This document shows, piece by piece, positions 26,200-39,299 of a stretch of 61,692 bases of DNA. Every line of letters starts with the position of its first letter. Position 1 is the first letter of the stretch. Under the pieces are notes generated by a model, which did no database searches, was not told where the DNA came from, and saw only the letters and a list, made by a program, of their open reading frames with translations. The position numbers and the translations under genes are program-made. The stretch is from NCBI RefSeq assembly GCF_001194135.2, contig NC_068982.1, forward strand, positions 26,116,528 through 26,178,219, written 5' to 3'. The DNA is from Octopus bimaculoides (taxonomy: Eukaryota).

Positions 26200-26251
26200 A
26201 AGGCGGTGCTCCAGCATGGCCGCAGTCAAATGACTGAAACAAGTAAAAGAG
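26198..26251 (+). mobile_element. Free-standing 54-nt 3' tail of SINE family B
   Basis: taaaggcggtgctccagcatggccgcagtcaaatgactgaaacaagtaaaagag within (TA)n. Confidence 0.88.
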
Positions 26252-26545
26252 TATATATATATATACATACATATATATTTATATATGTATGTATTTATAT
26301 ATCTATGTATATATATGTATATATATACATATATACATACATATATATTTATATATGTCTGTATGTATGTATGTATGTATATACATATATACGCACACAC
26401 ATACACGCATAGCGAGATCCCCCTACCTCATACAAAATATAGGGAAGGGTAAAATCAGCAACAAGTGAAAGACAGTAATCAGTTACGAGAGGGTGGCAAT
26501 GGGTGAGGTGGTAGTGGTGCATGTGAAGGTGGTAANNNNNNNNNN

Positions 26546-26586
<41 letters not shown>

Positions 26587-27521
26587 GTACACACAAACAT
26601 GTATATATAAGCGCACACATACGCTCCTCCCTCAAATATATCTATATGTACGTGTATAAAAACTGTGTGTGCGTGTGTATTTATACATATGATATATGTA
26701 TAATATATATATCCATTGCATACACACACACACACACGTATAGATGAAATATATATATATATATATATATATANNNNNNNNNNNNNNNNNNNNNNNNNNN
26801 NNNNNNNNNNNNNNNNNNNNNNNNNNNNNNNNNNNNNNNNNNNNNNNNNNNNNNNNNNNNNNNNNNNNNNNNNNNNNNNNNNNNNNNNNNNNNNNNNNNN
26901 NNNNNNNNNNNNNNNNNNNNNNNNNNNNNNNNNNNNNNNNNNNNNNNNNNNNNNNNNNNNNNNNNNNNNNNNNNNNNNNNNNNNNNNNNNNNNNNNNNNN
27001 NNNNNNNNNNNNNNNNNNNNNNNNNNNNNNNNNNNNNNNNNNNNNNNNNNNNNNNNNNNNNNNNNNNNNNNNNNNNNNNNNNNNNNNNNNNNNNNNNNNN
27101 NNNNNNNNNNNNNNNNNNNNNNNNNNNNNNNNNNNNNNNNNNNNNNNNNNNNNNNNNNNNNNNNNNNNNNNNNNNNNNNNNNNNNNNNNNNNNNNNNNNN
27201 NNNNNNNNNNNNNNNNNNNNNNNNNNNNNNNNNNNNNNNNNNNNNNNNNNNNNNNNNNNNNNNNNNNNNNNNNNNNNNNNNNNNNNNNNNNNNNNNNNNN
27301 NNNNNNNNNNNNNNNNNNNNNNNNNNNNNNNNNNNNNNNNNNNNNNNNNNNNNNNNNNNNNNNNNNNNNNNNNNNNNNNNNNNNNNNNNNNNNNNNNNNN
27401 NNNNNNNNNNNNNNNNNNNNNNNNNNNNNNNNNNNNNNNNNNNNNNNNNNNNNNNNNNNNNNNNNNNNNNNNNNNNNNNNNNNNNNNNNNNNNNNNNNNN
27501 NNNNNNNNNNNNNNNNNNNNN

Positions 27522-29750
27522 GGTGGTGGTGGTGGCGGTGGTGGAGTATGCAGTGTTGCTGTCACTGGGGACGGTGCTGTTGGTAGTGAGCTAATGAAGG
27601 GGTGATATTGGTGATGGTTGTGACGGGGTGGTGTTGGTGCGTTGATGATTGAGGTGTGTGGTGATGGTGGTGATGGTGCCATGATGGTATGGTGGTGGGA
27701 TGTTGATAGTGGTGATACGATGGTGGTGGTATGCTGATGATGATGGTGGCAATAGTGTTGATGGTGGTGTGTTGCTTGTAATGACAATGGCGGTGGTGAT
27801 GTTGATGTGCTGGTAGTGGTAGTTGACATGGTGGTGGTAGTGGTGTGTTGTTAATGGTGTGTTGTTGATGCTGATGTATCGTGAAGGTGAGGTTTCCGTG
27901 ATGCTGGTAATGTTGGTTATGGTTGTGATGGTGGTGTGTTAGCGATGCTGGTGATGGTAGTGGTGGTGATGGCGGTGTGTACGTGATAAAAGTGAGTTAG
28001 TGATGGTGGGATGGCGGTTGTGATGATGATGGTGTGATGGTAGTGGGGGTGATGGTGGTAATGGTTTTGACGGTGGTGGTTGTGATGGTGGTGTGTTGGT
28101 GATGGTGGTGGTGGTGACAGTGGTATGCTGGTAATGGTAGTGAGTTGATGATGGCGGTGGCGTGTTGGCGACGGTGGTGGTAATGGTGGTTGTACGTTGG
28201 TGACGGTTGTGGTGAGGTGAAGATGGTGAGATGATGGTGATGATGGTAATGATAGTTGTGATGGCATTGTGTCGGTGTTGCTGGTGAAGGTGGTGCTTTG
28301 GTAGTGGAGGTAGTGGAGGTGGTGGTTTTTGATGTTGGTTGTTATTGTAGTGGTGGTGATGATGATGTTTTGGTGATTGTTGTAATGGTGGTTATGGTGG
28401 CGATGGTGATGGTGGTGGTGACGGTAATGGTGGTGATGATAACGGCGGTGATGGCGGGTTGTTGGCGATGGTGGTATTGGTGATGGTAGTGTGCTCGTGA
28501 TAGAGGTTGTGTGGCTAATGGTGATCATGGAGCTCTTGGGGGTGGGGGTGACCATGATGATGGTGGTGTGTTGGCGAAGGTGGTTTGTCGTTGGCGGTTT
28601 TGGTTGATTGTCGTGATTGATAGTTCTGTAGGTAATGGTATAAGCATTATACCATTATTGGTTGTATTAAGTGATTGTGTTGTGTATTTCATTGACGGTA
28701 TTATAGTGGTTGTCTCGGTACATGGTGGTTGATTGTGTACGATGTGTGTAGTGTGGTTGGTTGTGTGTTCAGTGGTCCTAATGTGTCGTTGTAGTGGTTA
28801 GCATTGCGTCAGATCGGTGTGTATTGTAAGGGCAGTGTGCGTTGCAGCATGGGTGAATGCAGTGGTCGTGGTGTGCTTGATGGTTAAGTTCTGTCTTGCT
28901 TTTGAGGTGTGTTTAGCAGTGGTGTATGGTGGTGGTGGTTGTTGTAGTTGTATTTGTTGTTACTTTTGGTTGTTGTTTATTGTTGTGGTGGTGCTTCTTG
29001 TTGTGGTGTTGCTTGTTATTGTGGCGGTTGAGATGGTGGTTGTCGTGGTGGTGATTGTTGTGATGGTGGTTATTGTGCTAGTGCTTCTTGTGGTGGTTGC
29101 TGTGGTGTTGGCTTTTGTGGAGCTGGTTGTTATTGTGGTTGCTATTGTAGTTGTGGTTTTTGTGATGGTAGTTGTCGTGGTGGTGGTTGTCGTGGTGGTG
29201 ATTGTTGTGGTAGTTGTCGTGGTGGTGGTTGTTGTGGTGGTGGTTGTTGTGGTAGTTGTCGTGGTAGTGGTTGTTGTGGTGGTGTTTGCTATTGTGGCGT
29301 TTGTTGTGGGGGTGTTTGTAGTGGCGGTGGTTGTTGTGGTGGTTGCTGTTGTGGTGGTTGCTGTTGTGGTGGTTGTTGTGATGGTGATTTTTGCGGTGGT
29401 GGATGTAGTGTTGGAGGTTGTCGTGGTGGTGGTTGCTGGGATGGTGTTTGTTGGTGGGGGGGGAGGTTGTTTTGGTTGTGGTTGTCGTGATGAAGTTGTG
29501 ATGGTGGTTGTAGTAATGGTGGTTGTTGTGTGGGTAATTATTGTTGTGCTGCTTGTTCTTGTGGTGTTATGTGCAATGGTGGCATGTTTGGTGGTGGTGT
29601 CAGTGTGATGTTAGTTGTGGTAGTGGTGTGTGGGTGTGTGTCTGCGTGTGTGATGATAGTAAATGGGTTGCTGTTGGTGATGGTTATAGTGACGGTGTCA
29701 GCGTTTGTGTGGTGGTTGTGGTGGTAGCAGTTATTTTGGAGTGGGTGTAA
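27522..29750. repeat. ~2.2 kb degenerate GGT/GAT/GTT low-complexity tract
   Basis: Directly visible; its long Val-rich and His/Thr-rich ORFs follow from composition. Confidence 0.92.
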
Positions 29751-29800
29751 AAAAAACATGGATACATGATGCTGCATCAGTGTGATTGTTTTCTAGTATC

Positions 29801-29831
<31 letters not shown>

Positions 29832-30295
29832 GTGTGTGTGTGTGTGTATATGCGTGTGTTAAAGGGACGAAGAGTCCAATTAATGTGTAGGGGTAATAAC
29901 TGATACAGAGAAGAGTCGATAATGGTGGTGGCGATGTTGTTCTTGGTGTTGGTGGTGGGGGTGATGCTGCTGGTCGTTATGGGGTGATGGCATCGGCGGC
30001 GGTGGCGATATGAAGTCCAAATGAAGATTATGGATAACAGTGATGCCAGGACGGTGGCGTGGTAAAAATAAAGCTGGAACGGCGATATCCTATGTGAGTA
30101 GCGTTATAATCAGAGGTATTTCAGCCGTTTCTATCCCGTCTTTTTTGGACCATTTATGGGGCAACATAATAAAATGCGTCCTTTTCCATATTTAAGCCCT
30201 TAGCGTGTGATGTAAAGATTTGGTTGCTATTTCTAGCACATCGACAGACCACGAACATAAACGATGATGGCATTTGATGGTAATGATGATGGTGG

Positions 30296-30326
<31 letters not shown>

Positions 30327-31269
30327 AATGATGATGATGACGACGACGACGACGACGACGACGATGATGATGAGGATGATGATGACGATGACGATGATAG
30401 CTATGATAATGTGAATTGTTTCGCTTCTGGTTAATTCTGATTAGGCAAAGTTATGATGAAATGTATTCCATCCTTGATCCCTCTCTCACCATTTTAGACC
30501 TCTCTAGTTTTGCAATATCGAACGGGGTCTTTGTTTTCAAGATAGCAGTGTGTGATGTAAGTGAGACATGGCTTTTCTTTCTAACGAGTCGAGCCACCAC
30601 TTAAAACACCCTCCCCTGTTGGCTTGATGCATGATGATGGTGGTTGTAATGGTTGAGATGAATGTGTGATGTAGGATGTGGACGTAGTACAAGTCGTTCA
30701 CTTGAAAAAAAAACACGAAGAAGACTAATACCTAACTTTACTCACCCTAAGTGTTTCCAATCTAACCTTCTACCTGTCTGTCTGTGTATGCATGTATGTA
30801 TATATGTGTGTATGTATGTATGTATGTATGTATGTATGTATGTATGCATGCATGTATGCATGCATGCATGTATGTATGTATGTATGTATGTATGCATGTA
30901 TGCATGTATATACGTATGTATGTATTTATGTATGTATGCATGTATGTATGTATACATGTATGTATGTACGTATGTATGAATGTTATCAGACATTAAAATT
31001 TGAGGTTATAAAATATGTGGAGCTTATGCATTTGCCAAAGTTGAAGTAAAATGAAATCATTATGTTAATCCACAAGGGTTCTTACGCATTATGATAATTA
31101 TAAATAATCATGAATACGTATATGTATATGTATGATAAACTAGGTGTGGTGCAAATGTGTAATATTGTAAAATAATGCAGGCAGGAATTTATTACAGAAA
31201 ATAATAGCAAATATATGCAAACAACGGCAAAGATCCACACAAGGTGTGAAGAACCTCAATCAAATTTGA

Positions 31270-32460
31270 ATCAGGGCACTACACGTAATTGATATCTTTC
31301 CTCTCCGATCATCCTTTTTTGCTCTGTGCTTCTTTTTTGATAGTCTCCTACACTTCTTAACTGTTTATCTCTTCCCTATCACTGCAAGGAAATGGACAGG
31401 CATTACTTCTGGTAACTTCTGATGGTTCTTGTACTTGCGGAGGAGGCCTTCATTCTCTCAACTACCGCTAGTCCCTGGTATTGATTGCGCTAAGGATGAA
31501 GTGATTTTACTTCTTTCTATTCCACTATTTACGGAAGTGTTGTGTTTACGGAAATATGAGTAATCTCTGTTACCGTCCACCGCCTATATTTTCTTCTACC
31601 TGCTTTGTATCTCCCGGGCAGAAGATAATCAAATAACTTTACAACCTTAAGTATTGTAACTCGATCTTGCTTCTACATCATTTGTACAATTGAATTTTTC
31701 TCTGCTCTCTCAATGGGTTACAACTATTGAATACTCTTACAGTTTGTTACAAGTCACATCTGTGTTCACCCCATTTCTATCCTCTTGCGCGAAGTTAACC
31801 TCTAAGGCAAGTGCCAATGTTCATGCTATTATCTGTGGCCGTAATTTCAGTGTTTCTGAAAGCCATATACTCTGGAACTTGCACGGTGGCAGCCGGTTTT
31901 CGGTCTTAAAAACTTGGCACGTTTCCATATACGCTACTATTGTCGACAGAGTACACGTCCTACTACATATCAATTAAGGCTTTCTCCAACACCTTCGAGG
32001 ACTTATAGAAGCCATGTTCATATTTCGAAAGACAGAGATATGTCATCATCTTTCTCGCCCTTTCATCAATAAATTCATCGGACATGAAGTAACTGTAATT
32101 TCTTTGAGTTAGTTCAATGCAAGTTGTTCCTTTTCGTCCCACAACGCTAGCAATTGATGTAATGTTGTTGTTTCCCTTGCTGCAATTGTTGCTTTTATTA
32201 TTGTTAGTACTGGCGGTAATGGTGGTGGCGATGCCGTTTCTATTCGTACTATTTTTTTGTTTCAGTTCAAATTCTTAAATGTGTCTTCTATTGTATAATT
32301 TCTGCTTTTTTTCTTTCTGTGTGTTTGATTTCTATTTATTTAAATTATTTACATTGAAAATAATGTAGTGGTATGTTTGTTTACGTGACTGCTACCATTA
32401 CTGTAGTGAGCATCGTTATCTGTCACTTCTGAGGCAGCCATCTTTTCGACATTTGTAAAT
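31270..32460 (-). pseudogene. Heavily decayed coding-like remnant, possibly a LINE ORF1
   Basis: One reverse frame gives protein-like text with scattered stops (TLHQLLALWDEKEQLALN*LKEI; YLCLSKYEHGFYK); family not recognised. Confidence 0.3.
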
Positions 32461-32523
32461 ATTCCTGTTCTTTTGCATTAACCTTTTTGTATTTTAATGA
32501 GGTCTACTTTTAGATAGATAGAA

Positions 32524-32594
<71 letters not shown>

Positions 32595-32819
32595 TGTGTG
32601 AATAATAGGTTATTCGTGCACGTGCGTGCTATATGTGCAGTAATACAGGGTATAACAGATAGATGATATGGATGTATATCACTTCACAAGTCGGAGGAGG
32701 TCTATGGTTGAACAAGAATTTACACGCTACTGCTCCATATTAGACCATTGTTTATTGTGTATATTGGTACCGGTCGGTAGCAAATTAACTCGTATCTAGT
32801 ATATATTAAGTACTGTCTC

Positions 32820-33057
32820 TAGTATTAGAACTCATAGGACCGGTTAACCGGTTTCCATGGCTTATGAGTGACTGAGCTTACAACATTCACCCTGAACGGC
32901 ACGCCAGTCCGTCGCAGATTTACTCATTTACAGCTGAGAGGACTGGAGCAACGTGATATGAAGTGTAGTGTAGAGCACAACGCACCGCTCGATCTAGGAG
33001 TCGAAACTACGATCTTGCAATCGTAACAATCTAAACACTAGGCCGCGTGCCGTCACA
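32820..33057 (-). mobile_element. tRNA-derived SINE family C (CORE-like)
   Basis: Reverse strand: GCGGCCTAGTGTTTAG head, GTTTCGACTCC B-box, cacgttgctccagtcc.ctcagctg domain. Confidence 0.75.
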
Positions 33058-33682
33058 AATCGAGACTAGTATTTGAATTATTATTTATTTTGATCTTCCT
33101 TCACACACAGAAGGGATAAATGGTGATGTTGTCCTCAGCTAGAATTAAGGCTTTAAATCTTAACAGATACTACAGGTAATTTCATTTGAATTTCTAACGG
33201 TTCTGCTTATCCATTGCCTTTAGAGTGTAAATATTTAAACATCTGTTCTATTACTAGGAGTTTGAAGAATCGTTTGCTTTCATATATTGGAAACTGCTAT
33301 ACACCTTTTTCATTACTGTCAAGAAAACGACATTTGCTATAAAATGCTATTTGTCACAAATATGTAAAACAGCTTAAAATGTCCAAAAGCAACCTCTCTT
33401 GTACCTCACATTATGCGATATACGTACTCCGAAATCCATTAGTAGTAAGTTAAAAGTAACAAGGACGACATCAACGACAACAACGACAAAAATAATTCTT
33501 ACCATACTAGTTATAAGTACAATACAAAAGATATTATACAAAATGAATTACAAAGTGAGGATGTGTTGTTTAGAAGCTCACTTTGTAATCAGTTGGTTTG
33601 TGGTTCAGTCGCATTGTGTAGCACCACGGGAAAGTATCTTCTACAATAAATCCAACCAATGTCTTTTAGATGAATTTTGTAG

Positions 33683-33714
<32 letters not shown>

Positions 33715-34009
33715 TGTATGTATGTATGTATNNNNNNNNNNNNNNNNNNNNNNNNNNNNNNNNNNNNNNNNNNNNNNNNNNNNNNNNNNNNNNNNNNNNN
33801 NNNNNNNNNNNNNNNNNNNNNNNNNNNNNNNNNNNNNNNNNNNNNNNNNNNNNNNNNNNNNNNNNNNNNNNNNNNNNNNNNNNNNNNNNNNNNNNNNNNT
33901 ATATATATATATATATAACTGATATATATATATATGCATGCATGCACATATACACATGCGCATATATATATATATATATATGCATACATACACACACATA
34001 CATAATATA

Positions 34010-34893
34010 CGTATCAAAGAGTTCACGGACTAGTTATGTTTAATAAAAAATAACTTATTTACCTAAGTGTTAACATCATCTCCTTCGAAATAGTCATCTT
34101 GCACAGCAATACACCGGTCACAGCATTCCTGCCAAATTTAGAATCTGGCCTGGAAGTCGTTTTCCGTAAGCGAGTCGAGGACCTTCTGTGATTCGCTCTG
34201 GATCTCGATAATGGTTTCAAAATGGTGACCTTTGAACAAAATTTTCATCTTGGGGAAGAGATGAAATTCGTAGGTGCTAAATCTGGTCAATAGGGTGGGT
34301 GCATAAGTGATACCAAATTGTATTTGGCTACAAACACACGAGGAAGGAGAGCTTAATGACAAGGTACATCGTCGTCGTGAAGAAACCAGACGTTAGGATT
34401 ACATGCACGTACCCATAAGACAGACCAACAACACAGCAATGTCATTGATTGTCCTCCGACCATCTCATGCACAAACTGATGAATTTTCTCCACATTTCCG
34501 GGTGTGACACTCATGGCAGGTCTTCCAGATCGCTCATCATCTTTCAGGGACGTTCTGCCGCTTCTGAAGCGTCCGTGGCACTCGAAACACTGCGCAAAAC
34601 TCATTGCTTAGTCGCCGTAAGCTTGCCAAAGCACGCTCAATGTCCCTTTAGCAGAGTTCCCAAGTTTAATACAAAATTTCACTTTGGCTTTGTTCTGACT
34701 TCCTGTCCATGACAAAAAACGCAGACCACATCATAGAGGTGATTACAAAAAAGCAAATTTCACAACTTGCGAAGTAAACACAGTCATGTCACTCGGTACA
34801 CTACCTCATAAAGGTCATTGGTAGCTATCACTGCGCACGCAAAGGCATGTTACTATCTGTTAGCGTGCTACAGTACTAGGCCGGGAACCGTTT
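34010..34893 (-). mobile_element. Internally deleted mariner transposon
   Basis: Reverse translation gives KVKFCIKLG..A, GRTSLKDDERSGRP and EFHLFPKMK..FKGHHFETI.EIQSES; degenerate TIRs at 34010-34034 (preceded by TA) and 34875-34893. Confidence 0.88.
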
Positions 34894-34894
34894 C

Positions 34895-35075
34895 GCCAAC
34901 TGCCTCTTGACAGCCAGTATTCATTTTGTTTACGTACCCGTAACTTAGCTGTTTGGCACAAGACAGCGATAGAATAAGTACCAGACTTCAAAAATAAGTA
35001 TTAGTGTTGATTTATTCCACTCGACACTTCAAGGAGACGCCCCAGCTTGGCTACAGTCCAATGACTTACCCAAGT
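34895..35075 (+). mobile_element. SINE family B, 3' half
   Basis: gtttacgtacccgtaacttagc..gatagaataagtacc homologous to 43480-43695. Confidence 0.75.
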
Positions 35076-35084
35076 GAAAAAATG

Positions 35085-35122
<38 letters not shown>

Positions 35123-35294
35123 CGAGAGGGAGAGAGCTATAGAGAAAGATAGAGAGAGAGAGAAAGAGATAATGTGATATATATATATATATATTATTGT
35201 TGTATTTGGGGATGGTCATGTTGCCAGTTTAGTCAATAAAAACACACGCACTATATATTTGGTGTTCACTTGCTTCAGCTTTTTTTTTGTATTA

Positions 35295-36522
35295 ATCGTA
35301 TTTCGGCCAGAGTTCTCTCGTCACACTTCTGTGACCTCATCAGTGGTCCTTTGCTTGCTTCTTTCCTTTCGTTTTTGTGTGCCTTTCCTTACTAACGATC
35401 AGCCATTTTGAATTCCTATTGTATGTGTCTTTATTTGCGCATGCGTATACCCATGTGTGTGTCTACGTTTAGCATGTGTGGGAATGTGCCTGTATTATCA
35501 GTATCCCCTGTTTATACACGTTCGTTTAATTTGTTTTCATTTATGTTGTTCATTTGTTTATATCTACTTATTTTTTCTTTCTTTTTTTCTTTTTATTTTT
35601 CATTTAATTTAATTTATTTTGTTCATGTATATAGTTATTTAATTCCATTTATTTATCTGTGTATTGTATTATATTATATTCCTATTGTTATTAGTATATG
35701 GGAATCTTATTCTGTTATAAGTTGTTGTGTGTTGTGAGGTGGTGCTAGTGTTCCATTCTAGTTTCCTATTCAGGCTAGGTTTATCTTCTATTATGTGTGT
35801 AGATTTTGTAATTTGTCTAAGCGTGGCATCTGTTGTATGTGTGGACAAGATTTTAACTTCTATATGTTATCGAGCGCCTGTGTTCCTGCTCGGGGTGCTG
35901 GTACAGAACCAATGAGCTTTTCTCTTCCTTAAGTTCCCTCAAATGCTCATTTAGCCCCTCTCCTATCCTCCTCTACGTACGCCGTTGTCTTGTTACTGTA
36001 CCGTCCTTCTGTACATCTTACACTATAGACTATATTCTTGGCTTTACAGTTTGTTTGTGGGATAAATCTACATACAGTATAGTTCCGATCAGTACAGGGG
36101 ATTCTACTAAAAGGGTAGGTTCTACCAATTAAGGATTTGATAGGGTTGACTGGCCTTTCTACAACCTTAATTCTCAGCTTAAGTTTGTGTAGGGCCCTTC
36201 TAAAGCGGTACACCAGTTCGCCTCTAGGGGTGGTGTCGACGAACATGACACCCTGGTATTTGTGGCTATCATACCATGAGTTGGCCTTCCCTATCTTCTT
36301 CTTAGTCCTTTCAATGGTGTTCCATGACTTGAAACTATCATACGTAAAGATAGGAATGGGATTTCCCAATCTATAGGAGTAAAATCTAACTTTACCTTTC
36401 CCTTGGATAACACTGGTGGCATGGAGAGGGGAGGCAGGTATGCATGGGCGACTGCTGGTCTTCCATAAACAACCTTGCTCGGACTTGTGCCTGGGAGGGT
36501 AACTTTCTAGGTGCAATCCCAT
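35295..36522 (-). mobile_element. Penelope-like element 3' part: Cys-rich linker, GIY-YIG endonuclease, 3' pseudo-LTR
   Basis: ORF 35947-36522 reads VMFVDTTPRGEL..RIKVVERP..IKSLIGRTYPF..C...VC...NCKAKNIVYSVRC...AYV; shifted frames continue RGLNEHL..KSSLVLYQH..TLRQIT..HI...P.LNRKLEW. Confidence 0.85.
35297..35349 (-). ncRNA. Partial hammerhead core in the PLE 3' region
   Basis: Minus strand CTGATGA-GGTCA..TGGCC-GAAA; no matching stem I 3' arm. Confidence 0.5.
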
Positions 36523-36575
36523 GGTCAGTCATGACCGAAGGGGATCTCAGCATACACACATACACACACACACAC

Positions 36576-36614
<39 letters not shown>

Positions 36615-36962
36615 NNNNNNNNNNNNNNNNNNNNNNNNNNNNNNNNNNNNNNNNNNNNNNNNNNNNNNNNNNNNNNNNNNNNNNNNNNNNNNNNNNNNNN
36701 NNNNNNNNNNNNNNNNNNNNNNNNNNNNNNNNNNNNNNNNNNNNNNNNNNNNNNNNNNNNNNNNNNNNNNNNNNNNNNNNNNNNNNNNNNNNNNNNNNNN
36801 NNNNNNNNNNNNNNNNNNNNNNNNNNNNNNNNNNNNNNNNNNNNNNNNNNNNNNNNNNNNNNTATATATATATATAATATATTGAGATATATATATATAT
36901 ATACATATATATGATATATATATTGAGATATATATTCATATATGGATATATATATATAACTA

Positions 36963-37925
36963 TTTTTGGTAATTTCAGCTCAGAGCTGCAGCCATGCTGT
37001 CGAACCGCCGTTTTGCTACACTGTTATTATTGAGAGCTTTGTTTAATTTGTGACATTTGGTGAATAAGTGAGTTCGATGTCGCTACCTTCATTTGCACCT
37101 CTTGCCGCGAGGTAGGTTCATCTGCGACTCTTGACAGGAATAGGTCCAATTTTGATTTGAAAACATCTACATCCACTCCACTCTGTGTACGTCCTCAGGA
37201 TCTTTAGGGGAATATTAAAAAGCTGTGGGCCCCTGAAACCCAAGTTGTTGCTGTAGCTGGTCTTGAAGCGTGATGGCATTTCTGTTGCCTTTGACACTGT
37301 GCAGTGTTGACCCGTTCTGGTATTGGTGTAGCTTTGAATGCCAAATTTGGCACAATTCCTTCCAGATCTTCCAGATGTATATTACTGCATACCTCTCCCG
37401 CCTTCGCTCCAGGGAGTAGAGTCTTAGCTGTTTCAGCCTTTCCCAGTAGCTTCTTTGTGAAGTTTCGCTGGATTGCTTCAAGGTCAGCGTGTTAATTTTA
37501 CACTGTTGGGTGACCATAACAGGCGGCTGAGGACGGATGTTCTCCAGAGAGAACCATCATAGTTTCTGAACGTTCTCAGGATCCAGTCGTCTGCATTTTG
37601 TGGTCACCCTGGTAATTTGCACTCGGAAAGCGGTATCATCACTCATGCCGATACCTAGGTCACTCGTTGATTTAGGTCCTGTAATTGTTCCCTGTAAGTT
37701 TTATATTCAGCTTTGAACGCTGGTAGCTCAGGGCTTTTCAGCATTAAACTGCATATTATTGTCCTCAGCTCTAACTCCTGCTGCAGGTGTGCAACATCGC
37801 TCGGGTTCTGTATTTTTCCGTGAGACTTTCTTATTGTCTGCAAGGGTGGCTATCTTAGAAACTTAGGGCATATCTGAGAGGGCCACTATGAAAATCAGTG
37901 GTCCCAAGACAGTGCTATGTGGAGC
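36963..37925 (-). mobile_element. CR1-clade LINE 3' fragment including its 3' UTR tail
   Basis: YWERLKQLRLYSLERRRERYAVIYIWK, GFQGP and ADNKKVS motifs; ends ggcggttcgacagcatggctgc. Confidence 0.9.
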
Positions 37926-38190
37926 AATAATATGCAGTTTAATGCATATTATTGAGGACAATAATATGCAGTTTAATGCTAAAAAGCCCTGTGCTGCCAG
38001 CATCCAAAACTGAATATAAAACTTACAGGGCACACTAGTCCACAGGGAATTACAATCCCAGAGCCTAAATCAGTGAGGGACCTGGATGTCGATATGAGTG
38101 CACATTGGCAGTGTCGCCACAAAGTGCAGACGAATGGATCCTGAGAACGTCCAGGACCAGAGAGAAGGAAACTCTGATGGTCCTTTGCGG
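37925..38190 (+). mobile_element. Inverted (sense) duplicate segment of the same CR1 RT region
   Basis: tgaggacaataatatgcagtttaatgc...tggatcctgagaacg is the reverse-complement homologue of 37560-37770. Confidence 0.85.
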
Positions 38191-38329
38191 AACATATGTA
38201 CATTTGAAGTGAGGATGTGGGGGTGAGGATGTGAGGTAAATGGGAGTGGGATGTATGGGTGGGTGTGGGCAGAGGGAGGTATCGATGAAGGGAGAAGGTG
38301 GTTAGGAGTGAAGAGAGGAAGTAGGAGTA

Positions 38330-38372
<43 letters not shown>

Positions 38373-39299
38373 NNNNNNNNNNNNNNNNNNNNNNNNNNNN
38401 NNNNNNNNNNNNNNNNNNNNNNNNNNNNNNNNNNNNNNNNNNNNNNNNNNNNNNNNNNNNNNNNNNNNNNNNNNNNNNNNNNNNNNNNNNNNNNNNNNNN
38501 NNNNNNNNNNNNNNNNNNNNNNNNNNNNNNNNNNNNNNNNNNNNNNNNNNNNNNNNNNNNNNNNNNNNNNNNNNNNNNNNNNNNNNNNNNNNNNNNNNNN
38601 NNNNNNNNNNNNNNNNNNNNNNNNNNNNNNNNNNNNNNNNNNNNNNNNNNNNNNNNNNNNNNNNNNNNNNNNNNNNNNNNNNNNNNNNNNNNNNNNNNNN
38701 NNNNNNNNNNNNNNNNNNNNNNNNNNNNNNNNNNNNNNNNNNNNNNNNNNNNNNNNNNNNNNNNNNNNNNNNNNNNNNNNNNNNNNNNNNNNNNNNNNNN
38801 NNNNNNNNNNNNNNNNNNNNNNNNNNNNNNNNNNNNNNNNNNNNNNNNNNNNNNNNNNNNNNNNNNNNNNNNNNNNNNNNNNNNNNNNNNNNNNNNNNNN
38901 NNNNNNNNNNNNNNNNNNNNNNNNNNNNNNNNNNNNNNNNNNNNNNNNNNNNNNNNNNNNNNNNNNNNNNNNNNNNNNNNNNNNNNNNNNNNNNNNNNNN
39001 NNNNNNNNNNNNNNNNNNNNNNNNNNNNNNNNNNNNNNNNNNNNNNNNNNNNNNNNNNNNNNNNNNNNNNNNNNNNNNNNNNNNNNNNNNNNNNNNNNNN
39101 NNNNNNNNNNNNNNNNNNNNNNNNNNNNNNNNNNNNNNNNNNNNNNNNNNNNNNNNNNNNNNNNNNNNNNNNNNNNNNNNNNNNNNNNNNNNNNNNNNNN
39201 NNNNNNNNNNNNNNNNNNNNNNNNNNNNNNNNNNNNNNNNNNNNNNNNNNNNNNNNNTGTGTGTGTGTGTGTAATTTTTCAATGTGTACAAATAACACT

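Noticed and set aside
28817-29608. 263-aa Val-rich ORF as a membrane-protein gene
   Set aside because: It lies wholly within GTG/GTT low-complexity DNA where stops are compositionally rare; there is no domain or splice context
9601-32460. Excess TAA/TAG stops in fossil frames as a sign of an alternative genetic code
   Set aside because: TGA stops and frameshifts also occur; ordinary C-to-T decay of Gln codons explains it
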